Positions 34,467 to 37,016 of a stretch of 37,016 nucleotides of DNA are shown here, in pieces. The DNA is from a virus (Duplodnaviria > Caudoviricetes), in IMG/VR virus record IMGVR_UViG_3300027744_000003, positions 1-37,016 of that record. The stretch is one strand, 5' to 3'. The translations under genes were made by a program, and so were the position numbers. Each line of letters starts with the position of its first letter. The first letter of the stretch is position 1. The notes beneath the pieces were generated by a model. That model did not search any database. It was not told where the DNA came from and worked only from the letters and a program-made list of their open reading frames with translations.

Positions 34467-35681
34467 ATGGCACTTTTTGATACAAATAGTGGATTAGGTG
34501 GATTGCTAGGGGACTTTGGCGACTATGGCTTTGGTGTTCCTAGGAATACAGGCGGTCTTATTGGTGATGCTGAAAGAGATGCTATTAACAAAAGAGCATT
34601 GTTATCCGGTGGTATCAACGCAGCTTTAACATATCTTGCTACACCTAAAAACTTAAACACAGGAAGTGCATTACCTTATTTGGGTAAAGCAGGATTAGCA
34701 GGTTTTGGTGCATCTCAAAATACAGTAGACCAAGCATTAAATACAGCATACAGAAATAGAATATTAGCTGGTCAAAATGATAGCGATAAACTATATACTA
34801 TTGATGGTGCGTTAGTAAATAGAGAAGGTCAAGTTATTTACCAAGCTCCTCAAGAAACTCGTGGTCAAGCTAGTCAGTCTAGTGATATTCAATTAATCAA
34901 TAGATATAATGAAACTTTTGCAAAATATCAACAAGACCCTAAAAACCCATTATTAAGAAATGAAGTAAAAGCATTAGAACTTAAATTAGGTTTACAACAA
35001 CCACCAGCAGCACCACAAACACAAGCTGAAATTGTTAAGAAAAGTCTTACACCATTAGAAACTAAAGTAGAAGAAAAGTCAGCACAAGACTTAGTAGACT
35101 TTACAATTGGTGGTGGATTCTCTGATGTGCAAAAAGGTTTATCTCAATTAGAAATAGCTAAACAAACATTACAAACACAACCTGAAGGCAAAATTACAGG
35201 TAAGTTAGTTGGCGCACAAGATGATACAGGTATTCTTAAATATACAAACCCTACAGCTCAAGATACTAAAGAGCAAGTGCAAGAAATTGCTCAACGTAAT
35301 TTAAGACTTATTCTTGGTCCACAATTTACAGCAAAAGAAGGTGAAGCATTAATTAACCGAGTATATAACCCTGCATTGCCACAAAGTGTTAATGTTAAAC
35401 GTCTTGACTTGTTACAAGAACAAATGACAAGTGCAGCTAAAACTAAACAAGAAGCAGTTGACTATTACAATACTAATGGCACGTTAAAAGGTTTCAAAGG
35501 TAAATTATATAATAGCACTAGCGACTTTTTAAATGAGTACAATAGCAAAATTAAATCAACTGAAAAAGCACCAACTAAAGCTGCTACTCAACAACCTAGT
35601 GGATTTACAGAAGGAATGAAAACTAAGTCTAAAAGTGGTAAACCAATGATATTTAGAAATGGTCAATGGGAGTATGAATAA
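34467..35681 (+). CDS. Putative internal virion/DNA-ejection protein
   Basis: 404-aa helical ORF in the ejection cluster. Confidence 0.7.
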   Translation: MALFDTNSGLGGLLGDFGDYGFGVPRNTGGLIGDAERDAINKRALLSGGINAALTYLATPKNLNTGSALPYLGKAGLAGFGASQNTVDQALNTAYRNRILAGQNDSDKLYTIDGALVNREGQVIYQAPQETRGQASQSSDIQLINRYNETFAKYQQDPKNPLLRNEVKALELKLGLQQPPAAPQTQAEIVKKSLTPLETKVEEKSAQDLVDFTIGGGFSDVQKGLSQLEIAKQTLQTQPEGKITGKLVGAQDDTGILKYTNPTAQDTKEQVQEIAQRNLRLILGPQFTAKEGEALINRVYNPALPQSVNVKRLDLLQEQMTSAAKTKQEAVDYYNTNGTLKGFKGKLYNSTSDFLNEYNSKIKSTEKAPTKAATQQPSGFTEGMKTKSKSGKPMIFRNGQWEYE

Positions 35682-37016
35682 TGGCTAGAGTTCCTTTAGA
35701 AGACTTACCAAGTAATTTAGTTCCATCTAATGACTTACCACTAGAATTATCTACTATTAATGTTGTGCCTGAAGATGACTTACCATCTTCTATTCTTAAA
35801 AAAGAAAGAAGCATGACAGAAAAGTTTGGTCGTGGTTTAAGCTCTATTGCTAGAGGTGCTGCTGTTCCTGTAACAGGTGCAATTGCTGGTGGTGCATTAG
35901 CAGGTCCTGCTGGTGCTATAGCTGGTGGATTAGCCTTACCTGCTGCTGAATTGCTTACTAAAAGTTTAAATGCTTTATTACCTGATAAATACGATATTAC
36001 ATCCCCTACTGCACAAGTAGAAAAAGGTTTAACTAAATTAGGTTTTCCTAATCCTGAAACACAAGTAGAAAGAGCATTACAAGTAGGTGGTGGTGCATTA
36101 GGTGGAGTTGGTGGTCAAGTAGGTGCATTAGGTCAGTTAGCTAAAACAACTACAAGTCCTGTTGCTCGTGGTATTGCACAAACATTATCACAACAACCTG
36201 TAAGACAAGTTGCAGCAGCATTACCTGTAGGTACTACATCACAATATGTTGCAGAAGAAACAGGTAGTCCTACACTAGGTATGGCAGCAGGTATTGCAGC
36301 AGGTATACCATTTGCTGTAGGTGCTAAAGGTACATTACAAGCTCCTACTGTACAAGAATTAAAAGGTCAAGCTGGTCAACAATACAAGTTTGCTGAAGAA
36401 GTAGGTGCTGTATTTAAAAAGAATTCTTATAACCAATTTGCTAACAAAATAGAATCAACATTAGCTAAAGAAGGTTTAGATAAAACATTACAACCTAGAG
36501 TATTTGCAGCATTAGAAAGAATTAAAGATACTAAAGGTGGTAATGTAAGTCTTGAAAATATGGAAATATTAAGACGTATTAGCCAAGCAGCAGGTTCTAG
36601 TGCAGACGCATCTGAAAGACGTTTAGCAAGTATTTTAGTAGATAACCTAGATGACTTTGTAGAAACAGCACAACCTGGTCAATTAGCTAAAGGTTCATCT
36701 GAAGCTGTTAGAGCTTTAACAGATGCTAGAGACTTATGGAAACGTGCTAAGAAAACAGAAATTATTGATGACTTAGTATCTAGTGCAGACTTACGCGCTG
36801 AAGCAAACTTCTCACAATCAGGTATGGAAAATGCACTAAGACGTAAATTAGTTAATTTAGCTGATAACCCTAAAGCACTAAGAGCATTTACTAAAGAAGA
36901 ACAAAATGCAATTAAAGTTGCTGCAAAAGGTGGTCCTACACAAAACTTATTAAGATTTGTAGGTAAACTAGCTCCTACAGGAATTGTATCTGGTGGCGGT
37001 TCTGTTGGCTTAGGAT
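35681..37016 (+). CDS. N-terminal part of the ~521-aa putative ejection protein (wraps to 357; missing from ORF track)
   Basis: ATG at 35681 is coupled to the upstream TAA (MARVPLEDLPSNLVP...); frame stays open to the window end and across the terminal repeat. Confidence 0.85.
   Translation, partial: MARVPLEDLPSNLVPSNDLPLELSTINVVPEDDLPSSILKKERSMTEKFGRGLSSIARGAAVPVTGAIAGGALAGPAGAIAGGLALPAAELLTKSLNALLPDKYDITSPTAQVEKGLTKLGFPNPETQVERALQVGGGALGGVGGQVGALGQLAKTTTSPVARGIAQTLSQQPVRQVAAALPVGTTSQYVAEETGSPTLGMAAGIAAGIPFAVGAKGTLQAPTVQELKGQAGQQYKFAEEVGAVFKKNSYNQFANKIESTLAKEGLDKTLQPRVFAALERIKDTKGGNVSLENMEILRRISQAAGSSADASERRLASILVDNLDDFVETAQPGQLAKGSSEAVRALTDARDLWKRAKKTEIIDDLVSSADLRAEANFSQSGMENALRRKLVNLADNPKALRAFTKEEQNAIKVAAKGGPTQNLLRFVGKLAPTGIVSGGGSVGLG
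36890..37016. repeat. Terminal direct repeat, copy 2
   Basis: Identical to bases 1-127. Confidence 0.97.

Overview
This window looks like a complete, circularly assembled genome of an AT-rich tailed dsDNA phage. Unit length is 36,889 bp, because bases 1-127 repeat exactly at 36890-37016. The layout is lambdoid/P22-like. A divergent promoter region (~7940-8080) drives a leftward early arm (Sak3/DUF1071-like annealing protein, YqaJ exonuclease, SSB-like protein, SleB-like hydrolase, DUF3310, many tiny membrane peptides) and a rightward replication/nin arm (initiator, DnaB-type helicase, NinB, DUF1364, resolvase-like, Q-like protein). A strong late promoter then precedes packaging, head, podovirus-type tail, ejection and lysis genes. 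I see no integrase, CI/Cro, tRNA or CRISPR array. The most striking element is a stand-alone pqqA gene (PQQ cofactor precursor peptide, MWTTPSATEMRFGFEVTMYVMNK, 5855-5926). It has its own -10 box, RBS and terminator, is inserted antisense into the early arm, and is hidden by the ORF track inside a 66-aa call. It points to a Methylophilaceae-type methylotroph host. Other highlights: three unrelated glycosyltransferases (an AT-rich GREB1/TAGT-like cassette with no TET/JBP partner, plus GT-A, TPR/GT-B and methyltransferase genes inside the virion module), near-total GATC avoidance, and five consecutive Lys-rich mini-genes after the late promoter. All family calls come from motif recognition by eye, not from database searches.
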